Shown here in pieces: positions 38,013 through 48,385 of a stretch of 64,000 nucleotides of DNA. The notes beneath the pieces were generated by a model, which saw nothing but the letters and a program-made list of their open reading frames with translations, was not told where the DNA came from and ran no database searches. Position numbers and translations under genes: made by a program. Origin of the DNA: Bdellovibrio sp. Lineage in GTDB: Bacteria; Bdellovibrionota; Bdellovibrionia; Bdellovibrionales; Bdellovibrionaceae. Numbering within the stretch: the stretch's first letter is position 1; each line of letters starts with the position of its first letter. Where the stretch lies: NCBI GenBank assembly GCA_036677065.1, contig JAKFBS010000011.1, forward strand, positions 128,001 to 192,000, read 5' to 3'.

Positions 38013-38596
38013 AAACAATCTGTGTTTCATTACTGGGAATCAGCTTTGGCTATGGCGTGACCCATTTAATGCATAACGAATATGAAATCGCGAGCCGTAA
38101 TACGGCATCTGTTCCATTAGGTAAATTGGGCTTTGATCAGGCTTCGTATGATTACATTGATATTAAAATTGAAAACGTTTCTTTAGCTGAAAAAAAAGAA
38201 GACACATCTATTGTACAAGTTCGTGTCACCGCTTTAAAAGATATTCCAGCTTCTTTAAATTACAAATGGATCTTAGGTAAAGACGTTGTTAGCTCTGAAA
38301 ATTTAGACGGAGTACTTGAACCACTGACACAAGGTCAAAGCAAGATTTATGAAATTCGGGTGCAAAATTATTCGAAAGAATGGCAATCACATGTAAGCCT
38401 ATCTTTATCAGGTGATATGTCAGGCCATACGGTTCGACGTGATGTCATTGTGTCGTCACGTCCTGAAGATTCTTTTGAATATGTAGTTCAACAAGCACAA
38501 CTTGCAGAAAAGCAAGCGGCTCCTGATAAAGTGCAAAAACTAGGTAAAAAACGTTCATTGAGCGATCGCTTTCGCCCAGGCAATATTATTCGTTAA
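37991..38596 (+). CDS. Membrane-anchored partner B (beta-rich)
   Basis: N-terminal TM; LNYKWILGKDV and SFEYVVQ match partner A LTYEWKLGEGV and SFEKIVQ. Confidence 0.78.
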   Translation: MSKHVVLKTICVSLLGISFGYGVTHLMHNEYEIASRNTASVPLGKLGFDQASYDYIDIKIENVSLAEKKEDTSIVQVRVTALKDIPASLNYKWILGKDVVSSENLDGVLEPLTQGQSKIYEIRVQNYSKEWQSHVSLSLSGDMSGHTVRRDVIVSSRPEDSFEYVVQQAQLAEKQAAPDKVQKLGKKRSLSDRFRPGNIIR

Positions 38597-39159
38597 ACCG
38601 GAATCACTTCGACATTAGGATCAAATTCATCTTTAAGAATGCCTTCGATGGCCATTAATGTACCTGTCGTTGAACTTGGGCATGTGCCACATGCACCTTG
38701 GTAAGTGACATAAACTTTATTGTCTTCAAATTTAATCACTTCGATATCACCGCCATCGCCTTGCAAACCAGGGCGAATCGTACGATCTAAAATCTCTTCG
38801 ATTTTTTGTTGTTCGGGTGATAAGTTTTGACGAGCAATTTTTTTCTCATCAACGATAGTTTGATTTGGGTTATGTATTGGCATACGCGTTTGGATAACCG
38901 CACAAACTTGTTGAATAATTTCTTCTGATTCCACATCGAATTGGTGGGTGACGGTAATTACATTTTGAAAGTAATGCACTTGTTTGACACCCGGAATTTG
39001 AAATAACGAACGCGCCAAATTATTGTGTTCAGCTTCCTGAATATTTGAATAAGTGGCTTTACCTTCGGTTAATACCGGACGGTCTAAGACAAACTTCCAA
39101 GCGCTTGGGTTTGGTGTTTCTTGCACACGGATTAAAACTTCATTTTGTGTCGGGGTCAT
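38593..39159 (-). CDS. NifU/Nfu-type Fe-S carrier (Nfu_N + NifU_C)
   Basis: ETPNP..KF N-domain; IRPGLQGDGGD and GACGTCPSS. Confidence 0.92.
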   Translation of the reverse strand: MTPTQNEVLIRVQETPNPSAWKFVLDRPVLTEGKATYSNIQEAEHNNLARSLFQIPGVKQVHYFQNVITVTHQFDVESEEIIQQVCAVIQTRMPIHNPNQTIVDEKKIARQNLSPEQQKIEEILDRTIRPGLQGDGGDIEVIKFEDNKVYVTYQGACGTCPSSTTGTLMAIEGILKDEFDPNVEVIPV

Positions 39160-40373
39160 AATAACATCCTTTTTGCCTTTTCTACAGCAAGGACTAATCG
39201 TTCAACGTCTTCTTTATTGTTATAAATCGAAAATGAGGCGCGCACAGTTCCGGTTAATCCGAACTTGCGCAACAGCGGCTGCGTGCAATGGTGGCCAATA
39301 CGTACGGCAATTCCCATTTTATCCAGAATTTGGCCAACGTCAGCGTGATGTATGCCTTTTAAATTAAAACTTAAAATAGCCGCTTTATCTTTAGCTTCAC
39401 CAAAAAATTGGATCTCTGGAATTTCTTTTAATTTTGAAACAGCTAAATTTAATAATTCTTGCTCGTGCGCAAAAACTTCTTTGATATCGTATTGAGTAAA
39501 GAAGTTAATAGCTTCAGCTAACGCTAGAGCGCCTTCGATGTGCGGAGTTCCGGCTTCAAATTTAAATGGCAGATCATTATACGTTGTTTTTTCAAAACGC
39601 ACTTCGCTGATCATACTGCCGCCGAATTGATACGGAGGCATTTTTAGCAATAACTCTTTTTTGCCGTATAAAATACCAAAACCGTAAGGGCCAAATAACT
39701 TATGGGCCGAAAATACTAAGAAATCCACATCTAAATCCACAACGTTAACAGCTTTTTGCGTCACTAACTGAGCAGCATCTAATAGAGTGACTGCACCTAC
39801 GGATTTAGCCTTAGCGATAATTTTTTTATAAGGAGTGATTGTACCTAAAATGTTTGAACAACCTGAAAAAGCCACAAGCTTAGTTTTTGCTGTGATTGTT
39901 GTATCAATTGAAGCTTCGTCAATAGAACCATCTGCATTTACGGCGATAAATTTTAAAACGGCTTTGCGCTGTAAAGCTACATTTTGCCAAGGCACTAAGT
40001 TGGCGTGATGTTCTAATTCAGTGATAACGATTTCATCGCCTTCATTGATAAAATTCATTCCGTAACTTTGGGCCACTAAGTTAATGCCTTCAGTTGTACC
40101 TTTAGTAAAAATAACTTCTTCAGTGTTTGCAGCGCCGATGAATTTTTGAATAGTTTGTCTGGCGTTTTCAAAGTGTTTGGTTGCCTGATCACTCAGAAAA
40201 TGTGAACCACGGTGAACATTCGATGCTTCTTCGGCATAAAACTTTTCAATACGGGCGACGACACGGTCTGGTTTCAGTGTCGTGTTTACACTGTCTAAAT
40301 AAACCAATGGATAACCGTTCACCATTTGGCGTAAAGATTTAAACTGGCTACGGATGGTATTTACATCATACAT
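39156..40373 (-). CDS. sufS: Cysteine desulfurase, SufS type
   Basis: NVHRG, EHHAN, FSAHK, FEAGTP and RIGHHCTQP. Confidence 0.93.
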   Translation of the reverse strand: MYDVNTIRSQFKSLRQMVNGYPLVYLDSVNTTLKPDRVVARIEKFYAEEASNVHRGSHFLSDQATKHFENARQTIQKFIGAANTEEVIFTKGTTEGINLVAQSYGMNFINEGDEIVITELEHHANLVPWQNVALQRKAVLKFIAVNADGSIDEASIDTTITAKTKLVAFSGCSNILGTITPYKKIIAKAKSVGAVTLLDAAQLVTQKAVNVVDLDVDFLVFSAHKLFGPYGFGILYGKKELLLKMPPYQFGGSMISEVRFEKTTYNDLPFKFEAGTPHIEGALALAEAINFFTQYDIKEVFAHEQELLNLAVSKLKEIPEIQFFGEAKDKAAILSFNLKGIHHADVGQILDKMGIAVRIGHHCTQPLLRKFGLTGTVRASFSIYNNKEDVERLVLAVEKAKRMLL

Positions 40374-41639
40374 TTAAAATATCTCGTTTAATTTGTTCTC
40401 TAAAGTCTGGAAGATAAAACCTTCCATCACTTCATTTTCTAATTTATAAACTAATTCTTTAGCAAAACCGTGCGCGATCAGCTGCACAGCTTGTTTTTCA
40501 CTGATACCACGGCTTAAGAAATAAAAAATTTCATCTTTATTTAATTGGCCTACAGTTGATCCATGCCCGGCTTTAACGTCATCAGCATAGATCTCTAATT
40601 GCGGAATACTTGTCGCTTGTGCGGCTTTTGAAATCAGTAAGTTATTATTTAATTGCTCAGAGTTCGCTTTTTGCGCGTCTTGTTCAATGCGCACGCGACC
40701 ACGAAACACTGACTGAGATTTATCAGTTAAGATTGATTTGTAGTGCTGAGATGAATTGTTGTGGCCGATTTTATGGTGAATATATGTGTAATGGTCGCAA
40801 TGTTGTTGATCAGCTAATAGCGTCAAACCAAATACACCGGCATAAGCATTTTCAGCGTTAAATTCAGTCGCCAGATAATGACGAGAAGTTTTTCCGCCTA
40901 AAGCTAAGTCTAAACTAGTTAGTTGGCTATCTTGCGATAATGAAAATTGAATACGGCCAAAAACAAAATCATTGTTGTTCGCATTTTGTAAATTCGCAAA
41001 TTTTACTTTTGCTGCGCGCCCCAGATTAACTTGTAAATCAATGTTAAAGGCATGGGTTTGATTCAACTGCGATGTTAATCCTAAGGTTTGCTGGATTAAT
41101 TTTAATTCCGCAAGGTCAGCTACGTTGACTTCAATCATGGGCTGAACCAATGTTGATTGTTTAGCAGAAACCACGTGAACGATTTGTAATGGTTTATCTA
41201 ATTGTGATTTTTTATCAATCGTGATGACCACTTTTTGAAAACCAAAACCACGAGATAAATTAACTAGCTTTAATTCAGGCATGTCACTAGCAACGGTAAA
41301 ATCTTGTTCTTCAAGATCAACAAGGCTAACAGGCACATCTGAATCCGATAATGTTTTATTCAAAAAACCATTCACGAAAACTAAATTGTAAAAATCAGAA
41401 GATAACTGTTTAGAAACGTAAACCATTTCATCATGGCTTAACATTGATTCTTCTAAAGCGATGTTCCAATCAATGGCTTTAGCATCTGATAAAGATGTGA
41501 ATTTCCACGCTTCTTCTTTTTTAGTCGGAAAACCCTGGCTAACGAAAGCTGCGAACGATTTTTCGCGAAGCCCTGCTGCCTTTAGGCTTTCTAAAGGATA
41601 TTTTAATTTAAATTGGTTATAAGTATTTTGATCTAACAT
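40374..41639 (-). CDS. sufD: Fe-S cluster assembly protein SufD
   Basis: PTKKEEAWKFT, PQLEIYADDVKAGHGSTVGQL and YFLSRGI. Confidence 0.92.
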   Translation of the reverse strand: MLDQNTYNQFKLKYPLESLKAAGLREKSFAAFVSQGFPTKKEEAWKFTSLSDAKAIDWNIALEESMLSHDEMVYVSKQLSSDFYNLVFVNGFLNKTLSDSDVPVSLVDLEEQDFTVASDMPELKLVNLSRGFGFQKVVITIDKKSQLDKPLQIVHVVSAKQSTLVQPMIEVNVADLAELKLIQQTLGLTSQLNQTHAFNIDLQVNLGRAAKVKFANLQNANNNDFVFGRIQFSLSQDSQLTSLDLALGGKTSRHYLATEFNAENAYAGVFGLTLLADQQHCDHYTYIHHKIGHNNSSQHYKSILTDKSQSVFRGRVRIEQDAQKANSEQLNNNLLISKAAQATSIPQLEIYADDVKAGHGSTVGQLNKDEIFYFLSRGISEKQAVQLIAHGFAKELVYKLENEVMEGFIFQTLENKLNEIF

Positions 41640-42388
41640 TATACTAACCAGTCGTAGCCTTTTTTCTCTAATTCATGGGCTAAAGTAGCATCACCCGTTT
41701 GGATGATTTTACCGTCAGCAAGTACATGAACAAAGTCAGGCTTAATGTAATCTAATAGTCTTTGGTAATGCGTAACTAAAATGATCGCTTTATCTTTTGA
41801 ACGAAGTTTATTAACACCTTCTGCAACGATTCTTAAAGCATCGATATCAAGACCAGAATCAGTTTCATCAAGAATAGCTAAACGCGGTGACAACACTGCC
41901 ATTTGCAAAATCTCATTTCGCTTTTTTTCGCCGCCAGAGAAGCCCACATTCACAGGACGCTCTAAGTATTCAGGCTTCATGCTTACTAATTTCATTTTTT
42001 GGTATAAAAATTCTCTGAAATCACCTTCAGACATCGCGTCCGATCCTTGATGCTCAAGTACGGAATTAAAAGCCGTGTGCAAGAAAGTAAAGTTACTTAC
42101 GCCTGGTACTTCTACTGGATATTGAAAACCCAAGAAGATTCCTTCTTTAGCGCGTACATCCGGAGTCAGTTCTAAAAGATTTTGCATTTTAAAATTGATA
42201 TCATATTTAATTTCACCAGAAGTGATTTCATACGCAGGGTGTCCGGCTAGGATTTTTGCTAATGTCGATTTGCCGGCGCCGTTTGGCCCCATGATCGCAT
42301 GCACTTCGCCTGGTTTAACTGTTAGGTTTAAACCTTTTAGGATTTCTTTTTCGTCAATTTTAGCTTTTAAATTTTTAATTTCTAACAT
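41639..42388 (-). CDS. sufC: Fe-S cluster assembly ATPase SufC
   Basis: GPNGAGKS, FQYPVEVPGV, GFSGGEKKRNE and LDETDSGLDID. Confidence 0.96.
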   Translation of the reverse strand: MLEIKNLKAKIDEKEILKGLNLTVKPGEVHAIMGPNGAGKSTLAKILAGHPAYEITSGEIKYDINFKMQNLLELTPDVRAKEGIFLGFQYPVEVPGVSNFTFLHTAFNSVLEHQGSDAMSEGDFREFLYQKMKLVSMKPEYLERPVNVGFSGGEKKRNEILQMAVLSPRLAILDETDSGLDIDALRIVAEGVNKLRSKDKAIILVTHYQRLLDYIKPDFVHVLADGKIIQTGDATLAHELEKKGYDWLV

Positions 42389-42391
42389 GTT

Positions 42392-43828
42392 TTATCCTAC
42401 TGAATTTTCTAATTTCATTTCGATTAACTTAACCGCTTCGACCGAGAACTCCAGAGGTAATTCTTTGAAAACCTCTTTACAAAAACCATTCACCAGCATG
42501 GAAATAGATTTTTCTGTATTTAACCCACGCGATTGTAAATAGAAGAGCTGGTCTTCTGAAATACGTGAAGTTGTCGCCTCATGCTCAAGAACTGCGGTAT
42601 TATTTTTTACTTCAATATACGGGAACGTGTGCGCACTCGAACGATCGCCCACAAGCATAGAATCACATTGTGAATAATTACGTGCGTTTTCTGCAGATGG
42701 CATGATTTTGACTAAACCGCGGTAAGCATTTGATGAATGCCCTGCTGAGATCCCTTTAGAGATAATCGTGCTTTTTGTGTTTTTACCGATATGGATCATT
42801 TTGGTTCCGGTATCAGCCTGCATATAATCATGAGTTAGGGCTACGCTATAAAATGCGCCTTCAGAATTATCACCTTTTAAAATCACTGACGGATATTTCC
42901 AAGTAATTGCTGAACCTGATTCAACTTGGGTCCAAGAAATTTTTGAGTTTTTACCTTGGCAGATACCACGCTTAGTTACGAAATTATAAATTCCGCCTTT
43001 ACCTTCTTTATCGCCGGTGTACCAGTTTTGTACTGTTGAATATTTGATTTCAGCATTATCTAAAGCAACTAACTCAACAATTGCCGAATGCAGTTGGTTT
43101 TCATCACGTTGAGGCGCTGTACAGCCTTCAAGGTAATTTACAAAACTGCCTTCGTCAGCCACGATCAATGTTCTTTCGAACTGGCCAGTTTCTTTAGCGT
43201 TGATACGAAAATATGTCGATAAATCGACCGGACAACGAACACCTTTGGGAATGTACACGAAGCTGCCATCAGAAAATACGGCTGCATTTAAAGTTGCGTA
43301 GTAGTTATCTGTGTACGGGACAACTGAACCGAAATATTTTTCTACTAGTTCAGGGTATTTTTTAATGGCTTCAGAAATTGAACAAAAGATAACGCCAACT
43401 TTTTCTAAGTCTTCATTATGAGTGGTCGCAATACTTACAGAGTCAAAGACCACATCCATCGCTACACCCGAGATACGTTTTTGTTCTTGTAACGGAATCC
43501 CTAAACGTTCAAACGTTTTAAGTAATTCGGGATCAATTTCATCCATTGATTTTTTAGCATCAATTTTTTGTTTCGGGGCTGCATAATAAGTTAAATCTTG
43601 AAAATCAATTGGCGGATAACTAACTTGCGCCCATTTGTTTTCACTTAAGCTTGGCTCAGTTAAAGTTAACCAGTGACGGTATGCTTTTAAACGGTAATTC
43701 AACACCCATTCAGGTTCTTCTTTTTTTGCAGAAATCAAACGTAAGATATCTTCAGAAAGACCCTTAGGAACAGTCTCCATTTCAATATCTGTAGTAAATC
43801 CATATTTGTATTCATATGACTCAGACAT
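42392..43828 (-). CDS. sufB: Fe-S cluster assembly protein SufB
   Basis: [35 protein letters not shown] and EHEATTS. Confidence 0.97.
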   Translation of the reverse strand: MSESYEYKYGFTTDIEMETVPKGLSEDILRLISAKKEEPEWVLNYRLKAYRHWLTLTEPSLSENKWAQVSYPPIDFQDLTYYAAPKQKIDAKKSMDEIDPELLKTFERLGIPLQEQKRISGVAMDVVFDSVSIATTHNEDLEKVGVIFCSISEAIKKYPELVEKYFGSVVPYTDNYYATLNAAVFSDGSFVYIPKGVRCPVDLSTYFRINAKETGQFERTLIVADEGSFVNYLEGCTAPQRDENQLHSAIVELVALDNAEIKYSTVQNWYTGDKEGKGGIYNFVTKRGICQGKNSKISWTQVESGSAITWKYPSVILKGDNSEGAFYSVALTHDYMQADTGTKMIHIGKNTKSTIISKGISAGHSSNAYRGLVKIMPSAENARNYSQCDSMLVGDRSSAHTFPYIEVKNNTAVLEHEATTSRISEDQLFYLQSRGLNTEKSISMLVNGFCKEVFKELPLEFSVEAVKLIEMKLENSVG

Positions 43829-44228
43829 GAAATACCTCTTCGATAGAAATCGATTTATAAAAATCCTGAACTTTTTTGTTTAAATTTTCGACTGGGGTCA
43901 AAATCGTGCAATTTTTTAAAAGGTCACATTCTTTATCAGATAAGCATTTTGCAAGACCAGTCGAACCATCAACGATATTCATTAATTCATAAACAGAAAC
44001 TTTTGCTAAATCTTTAACTAAGCGATAACCGCCATGTAAACCGTATTCGGCTTTTAAAATTCCGTGCGAGCTTAGCGTTTGTAAAACACGTGCTGTGACT
44101 TCAGCCGGCGCATGTGTCGCCTCTGCGATGTCTTTGGCTGACACAGTTGTATCATCACCTTCTGCAAAATGTTTTAACGCCATCAAAGCGTATTCAACTT
44201 TTTTATTTAGTTTGCTCATGTAATTCAC
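43821..44228 (-). CDS. Rrf2-family regulator (IscR-like, three Cys)
   Basis: YALMAL, wHTH with GLHGGYRL, C-x5-C-x5-C; first gene of the suf operon. Confidence 0.88.
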   Translation of the reverse strand: MNYMSKLNKKVEYALMALKHFAEGDDTTVSAKDIAEATHAPAEVTARVLQTLSSHGILKAEYGLHGGYRLVKDLAKVSVYELMNIVDGSTGLAKCLSDKECDLLKNCTILTPVENLNKKVQDFYKSISIEEVFHV

Positions 44229-44231
44229 CCA

Positions 44232-44256
44232 ATAGGCGACTAAATTAGTCGTATAT
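44232..44256. promoter_or_regulatory. IscR type-1-like operator 1
   Basis: ATAGGCGACTAAATTAGTCGTATAT, a palindrome with GACT-N5-AGTC core, directly upstream of the Rrf2 gene. Confidence 0.7.
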
Positions 44257-44299
44257 ATTTAAGGCCATTTATACGCCGATTTAGATGAAAGGCAATTGA

Positions 44300-44324
44300 A
44301 AATCCGACCTTTTTAGTCGTACAT
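44300..44324. promoter_or_regulatory. IscR type-1-like operator 2
   Basis: AAATCCGACCTTTTTAGTCGTACAT, a second copy of the same motif. Confidence 0.6.
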
Positions 44325-44438
44325 TCAAGGCCTCAAATTCAATTAAACAGTACTAGAGTTAAATTGTGGCGCAAATACCGCAGTTTGCTGGGGTTTTTGT
44401 CACTAGAAGCAGTCTAAATCGCATGCTAGGTTACTAGC

Positions 44439-45662
44439 ATGGTAAGACTCTGTTTATATCTAATTACCTGTTTGTTTTTCGCAAGCTGCGCCAATAAAAC
44501 TCTTATTCGCGACAGTGAATACCAACCTGTTTATCAAGCCCTGCAAAAACAAAATGCCAGCGAAGCCTTACTAAATTTTCCAGATAAAGAACAAAGTGGA
44601 TTTATCACAACGTTTGAAAAAGCCTGGATTCAGTTTTGGACAAGTTCAGAAAAATTTTCTGATTTAGATATTCAAGTTATTCAAAATCTCTCTGATGAAA
44701 TCGAAAAAAGAAAATTTGTCAGTATCAGTCATGAAGCCACAGTCTTTCTTGTTGGCGAAAGTGAAGATGGTTACATCCCTTCCGAACACGAAATTATTTC
44801 GCTGCATTTATTCCTGGCCATGTTGTATTTGGATAAGAACAAAATAGATCCGGCTCATGTTGAATTGAAACGAGCTATTGAATATTTAGCGAATAATCCT
44901 GAAGGCAAACAAACTACTTTCGATGATCCCGCTATTCGCGTCTGGCTGGCCGCACTGTGGGAAGCTATCGGAAATCGCAATGAATCTGACGTTGATCTTC
45001 GCAAAGCCATGCAACTCAGTGAAGAAAACTTATCGCCATTTGTAGAAAATAAAAATCGTCGTGTACATTTACTCATGAGCGGCACAGGCCCGCAAACAGA
45101 ATGGTCAGACAATGGCGAAACAGTGCTTTTTAAATTTGCGCAACCCATTGAGCACCCACACTCATTTGTTACTAATAGCTGGTATCAATGGCATAAAAAA
45201 AGAAACACGAACATACGTGATACGCTCTTAAAAAGCCATTATATGACGATGGCTCTTGGACATAAGACTTCAAATCTTTCTAAAAAAACTGCAGGCATTG
45301 CTGCTTCTGCTGCGCTTTTCGCAGGGGCGATTGTTGTGGTCGCTGCTGGAGTTTATACAGCAATTCAAATTGGTGGAAGCAGCGAAGCCTTGGAAGGTTT
45401 GTTTTATGTGACGTTAGCCGGAGCTTCATGGTTTGTAGAAAAAGGCGAAGATGTAACTAAGTATGTTGATAAAAAAGTAGAAGAATCTAAACAAGATCAA
45501 GCAGACCTTCGTAAATCCTACCGCATGATCCGTTTCCTACCGAGTCAGATTGAATATATTGATGAAAACTTAGCCAAAGCCAAACCTCGTTATTATAGCG
45601 GATATCGTAAAACCATAGGCACAGGTCATAATCAGGTTGAGTTTATCTGGAACCCTGAATAG
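44439..45662 (+). CDS. Hypothetical lipoprotein (TPR-like helical region, C-terminal hydrophobic hairpin)
   Basis: Lipobox FASC; helical repeats; long hydrophobic segment near the C-terminus. Confidence 0.75.
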   Translation: MVRLCLYLITCLFFASCANKTLIRDSEYQPVYQALQKQNASEALLNFPDKEQSGFITTFEKAWIQFWTSSEKFSDLDIQVIQNLSDEIEKRKFVSISHEATVFLVGESEDGYIPSEHEIISLHLFLAMLYLDKNKIDPAHVELKRAIEYLANNPEGKQTTFDDPAIRVWLAALWEAIGNRNESDVDLRKAMQLSEENLSPFVENKNRRVHLLMSGTGPQTEWSDNGETVLFKFAQPIEHPHSFVTNSWYQWHKKRNTNIRDTLLKSHYMTMALGHKTSNLSKKTAGIAASAALFAGAIVVVAAGVYTAIQIGGSSEALEGLFYVTLAGASWFVEKGEDVTKYVDKKVEESKQDQADLRKSYRMIRFLPSQIEYIDENLAKAKPRYYSGYRKTIGTGHNQVEFIWNPE

Positions 45663-45673
45663 ATTGAGTTCAA

Positions 45674-46438
45674 ATGAGAGTTATTCAAGCTATCTTAATA
45701 TCGTTATTCGTCAGCGCCATCGTATTTTTCACAATTAAATTTTGGGGCTTAGGCATACCCTATGCGGACTATAAACATCCATTTACTGAAACAACTGAAA
45801 TTTTAATTTTCAAAAAACCTTCGTTTGCAAATGTTGATCAAGCGATTCTTACAACAACTGATAATTTGTATTTAGATGTGGCGAACACAAGAGATCAAAA
45901 GTTGGTGATCATTTCAACGAATAACGATCAATCATTGGATCACACTAAAGACATCCGTAATAAACAGTATGCTGAAGTTGAAAAAGATGTTTTGTTATTA
46001 GAAAAATATAAAGACCATTTAAAAAACAGAAGAATTATTTTGAACATCAATGAAAATGCCATCGGTGGGCATCTGATTTTTACAGATCATGTTAAATCGT
46101 TAGGTTTAGAAAAAGGCGATAACATTTTAATTACGACCCCGTATGAAACATTATCAAAAACAATCAAAGAAATCTTACCCACTTTTATTTACGGAACGAC
46201 TGCACCAGAAATCTTAAAACTTAAGGCGATGGAATCTTTAAATCTAATTGAAGCTGCCTCTATGCGCGCAGATGTTTTGATTTATCCTTTAACCTATTAC
46301 AAACAGCCCTTTTACACTGACAAATTACAGGCCGAACTTAAGCGCAGGTTTAAGCGAATTATTATCGGGCCAATCCCAGCCAGTGATGTTGAAGAAGCAA
46401 AAAAAATAAATCCACTGGGCATTGTTATCCAAGAATAA
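45674..46438 (+). CDS. Membrane-anchored hypothetical protein, possibly degenerate glycerophosphodiester phosphodiesterase fold
   Basis: LYLDVANTRDQKLVI resembles GDPD E.DV..TKDG..V; ends GIVIQE; no HRG motif. Confidence 0.5.
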   Translation: MRVIQAILISLFVSAIVFFTIKFWGLGIPYADYKHPFTETTEILIFKKPSFANVDQAILTTTDNLYLDVANTRDQKLVIISTNNDQSLDHTKDIRNKQYAEVEKDVLLLEKYKDHLKNRRIILNINENAIGGHLIFTDHVKSLGLEKGDNILITTPYETLSKTIKEILPTFIYGTTAPEILKLKAMESLNLIEAASMRADVLIYPLTYYKQPFYTDKLQAELKRRFKRIIIGPIPASDVEEAKKINPLGIVIQE

Positions 46439-46439
46439 T

Positions 46440-47576
46440 TTAGTCGACGCAGCGATTTTGCGTATGACGGCGAACCATGTCGCGGGCTTCGGCCATATTA
46501 GCCATATACGGCTGATTTTGAATAATCGCGTATTCCATAAAACTTAATTTTTTAATTTTACTTTTCTTTAATTGTTCGCGCATAGCTGGCTCTCGGCGCA
46601 TTGATGAACGAATCTCACTTAAATTTTGATATGTGACAAAGTCTGATGATTTAACTATTTGGCCTGCCAGTTTACGATTTTTATAATAACCATCAATCAA
46701 ACGTAACGTGCCTGTTACGCCGCGGTTATAAGCGAAATACACAAACTGTTCGATCATTTGCGGAGTTAAGATAGGTTCAATTTCTGGGCGCTGCTTTACA
46801 AGCTGCTGTTTAAAAAACATTTGATCACGTAGCGCATGCAAATAATGTAATAAAAATCCACGATATGGATTTTGTGGCAACGACATCATCGAACAGCGTT
46901 TGTTGACCTGAAACGCATCTACATCCAACTTACCAATAGTGCTTGCGATGCGCTGGCAGCTAGAGCTGTTGCTTTCTAAAAGCACGCGGCGTGTTCTTTC
47001 AACAAGATCACGTTCAGTTACGCGCAACATGCCATTTTTTGTAAACTGGGCGACACCTGCATCGAAGCCTGTGCGATTGATCGCGTTCACATGAAAACCA
47101 CTTTCGATCATGATTTGCAGAAATGAACTTTTCGGATCTAAATTAAAACAATCTTTTACGTCATGATAGGCGTTGTAAACTAAACGCGTGTAATTTTCAC
47201 TTAAACAAGGGCGAGGTGCGCCGACTTTTGGTTTTTCATCTTCGTTACTACAGTAAGCAAAACTGCCATTGAAGTTTTTTTGCGCAAATTGAATACACTG
47301 AATTGGAAGTTTCTTATCCCATTCATCACTATGGTCTTCGTAATATTCAGTGGGCATTCGTAAAATTTGATCTTCTAGGTAAAGTTTACTGCGCGAGTGA
47401 CAAATTTCGAACTCTGGTTGTTTTGCTGGTGATTGTGTAACTTTAGTAGTTTTTGGCAATGGAACTGAGCTTGGCAAACGATCAACAGTTTTCTGAACAC
47501 ACTGAATCAAAAAAAATGAACTCAATAACAGAAAAATTAATATCTGATTCGAGTTGCGTGTGCCTTTAAACTTCAC
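46440..47576 (-). CDS. Lytic transglycosylase (SLT-like) exported protein
   Basis: IESGF..NA, GVAQF and AYNRG = SLT motifs I-III; N-terminal hydrophobic signal ending in Cys. Confidence 0.72.
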   Translation of the reverse strand: MKFKGTRNSNQILIFLLLSSFFLIQCVQKTVDRLPSSVPLPKTTKVTQSPAKQPEFEICHSRSKLYLEDQILRMPTEYYEDHSDEWDKKLPIQCIQFAQKNFNGSFAYCSNEDEKPKVGAPRPCLSENYTRLVYNAYHDVKDCFNLDPKSSFLQIMIESGFHVNAINRTGFDAGVAQFTKNGMLRVTERDLVERTRRVLLESNSSSCQRIASTIGKLDVDAFQVNKRCSMMSLPQNPYRGFLLHYLHALRDQMFFKQQLVKQRPEIEPILTPQMIEQFVYFAYNRGVTGTLRLIDGYYKNRKLAGQIVKSSDFVTYQNLSEIRSSMRREPAMREQLKKSKIKKLSFMEYAIIQNQPYMANMAEARDMVRRHTQNRCVD

Positions 47577-47588
47577 TAAAATATCCTC

Positions 47589-48380
47589 ATGAAAAAAATC
47601 AATTCTTTACTCTTCATCAGTGTATCACTTTTTTTATGTCTTGAAACGGCTATGGCACAAACTCAGGCCTCGACAAACGTCGCGGTTAAGATGGGTGCGC
47701 TTGAATCCATCATGCACGCTAGCCTTATAGTGCAAGCGGTGATCATGATTTTAATTTCACTTTCAATTATGTGCTGGGGAATCGCCTGGAACAAATACCA
47801 AGACCTTAAGCAAGTGCAAACAGCCAACAAAGCGTTTGATAATTTATTCTGGAAAACAAGTTCATTAGATGAATTGCACGAAAAAATAGAAGCCTTCAAA
47901 GGTTCATCGCATGCACGTGTATTTAAAGCGGCTTACGCTGAAATGAAAAAAATTGCAGAATCACCAATGTTGAACAAAAACATTAATAGCGAAACTGAAC
48001 CGCCATTGTTAGCAGGTTTAGATAATTTAGATCGCGCGATGAGAAAAGCAATTGAAAACGAAGTTTCAGCTTTAGAGTCGCGTTTAATAGTTTTGGCGTC
48101 GACTGGGTCAACTGGCCCGTTCATCGGATTATTCGGAACCGTTTGGGGGATCATGAATTCGTTTCAAATGATTGGCCAGACAGGCAATGCAAGTCTTGCA
48201 GCCGTTGCTCCGGGTATTTCAGAAGCCTTAATCACTACAGCGATCGGCCTTGCAGCGGCGATTCCTGCGGTAATGATGTACAATCACTTTATCACTGAAA
48301 TCAAACGCGAAGAATCACAATTAAATAATTTCAGCTCAGATTTTTTAAACATTGTAAAACGTAATTTCTTTAGAGGTTAA
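47589..48380 (+). CDS. tolQ: TolQ (MotA/TolQ/ExbB)
   Basis: GPFIGLFGTVWGIMNSF and VAPGISEALITTAIGL. Confidence 0.9.
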   Translation: MKKINSLLFISVSLFLCLETAMAQTQASTNVAVKMGALESIMHASLIVQAVIMILISLSIMCWGIAWNKYQDLKQVQTANKAFDNLFWKTSSLDELHEKIEAFKGSSHARVFKAAYAEMKKIAESPMLNKNINSETEPPLLAGLDNLDRAMRKAIENEVSALESRLIVLASTGSTGPFIGLFGTVWGIMNSFQMIGQTGNASLAAVAPGISEALITTAIGLAAAIPAVMMYNHFITEIKREESQLNNFSSDFLNIVKRNFFRG

Positions 48381-48385
48381 TCACT

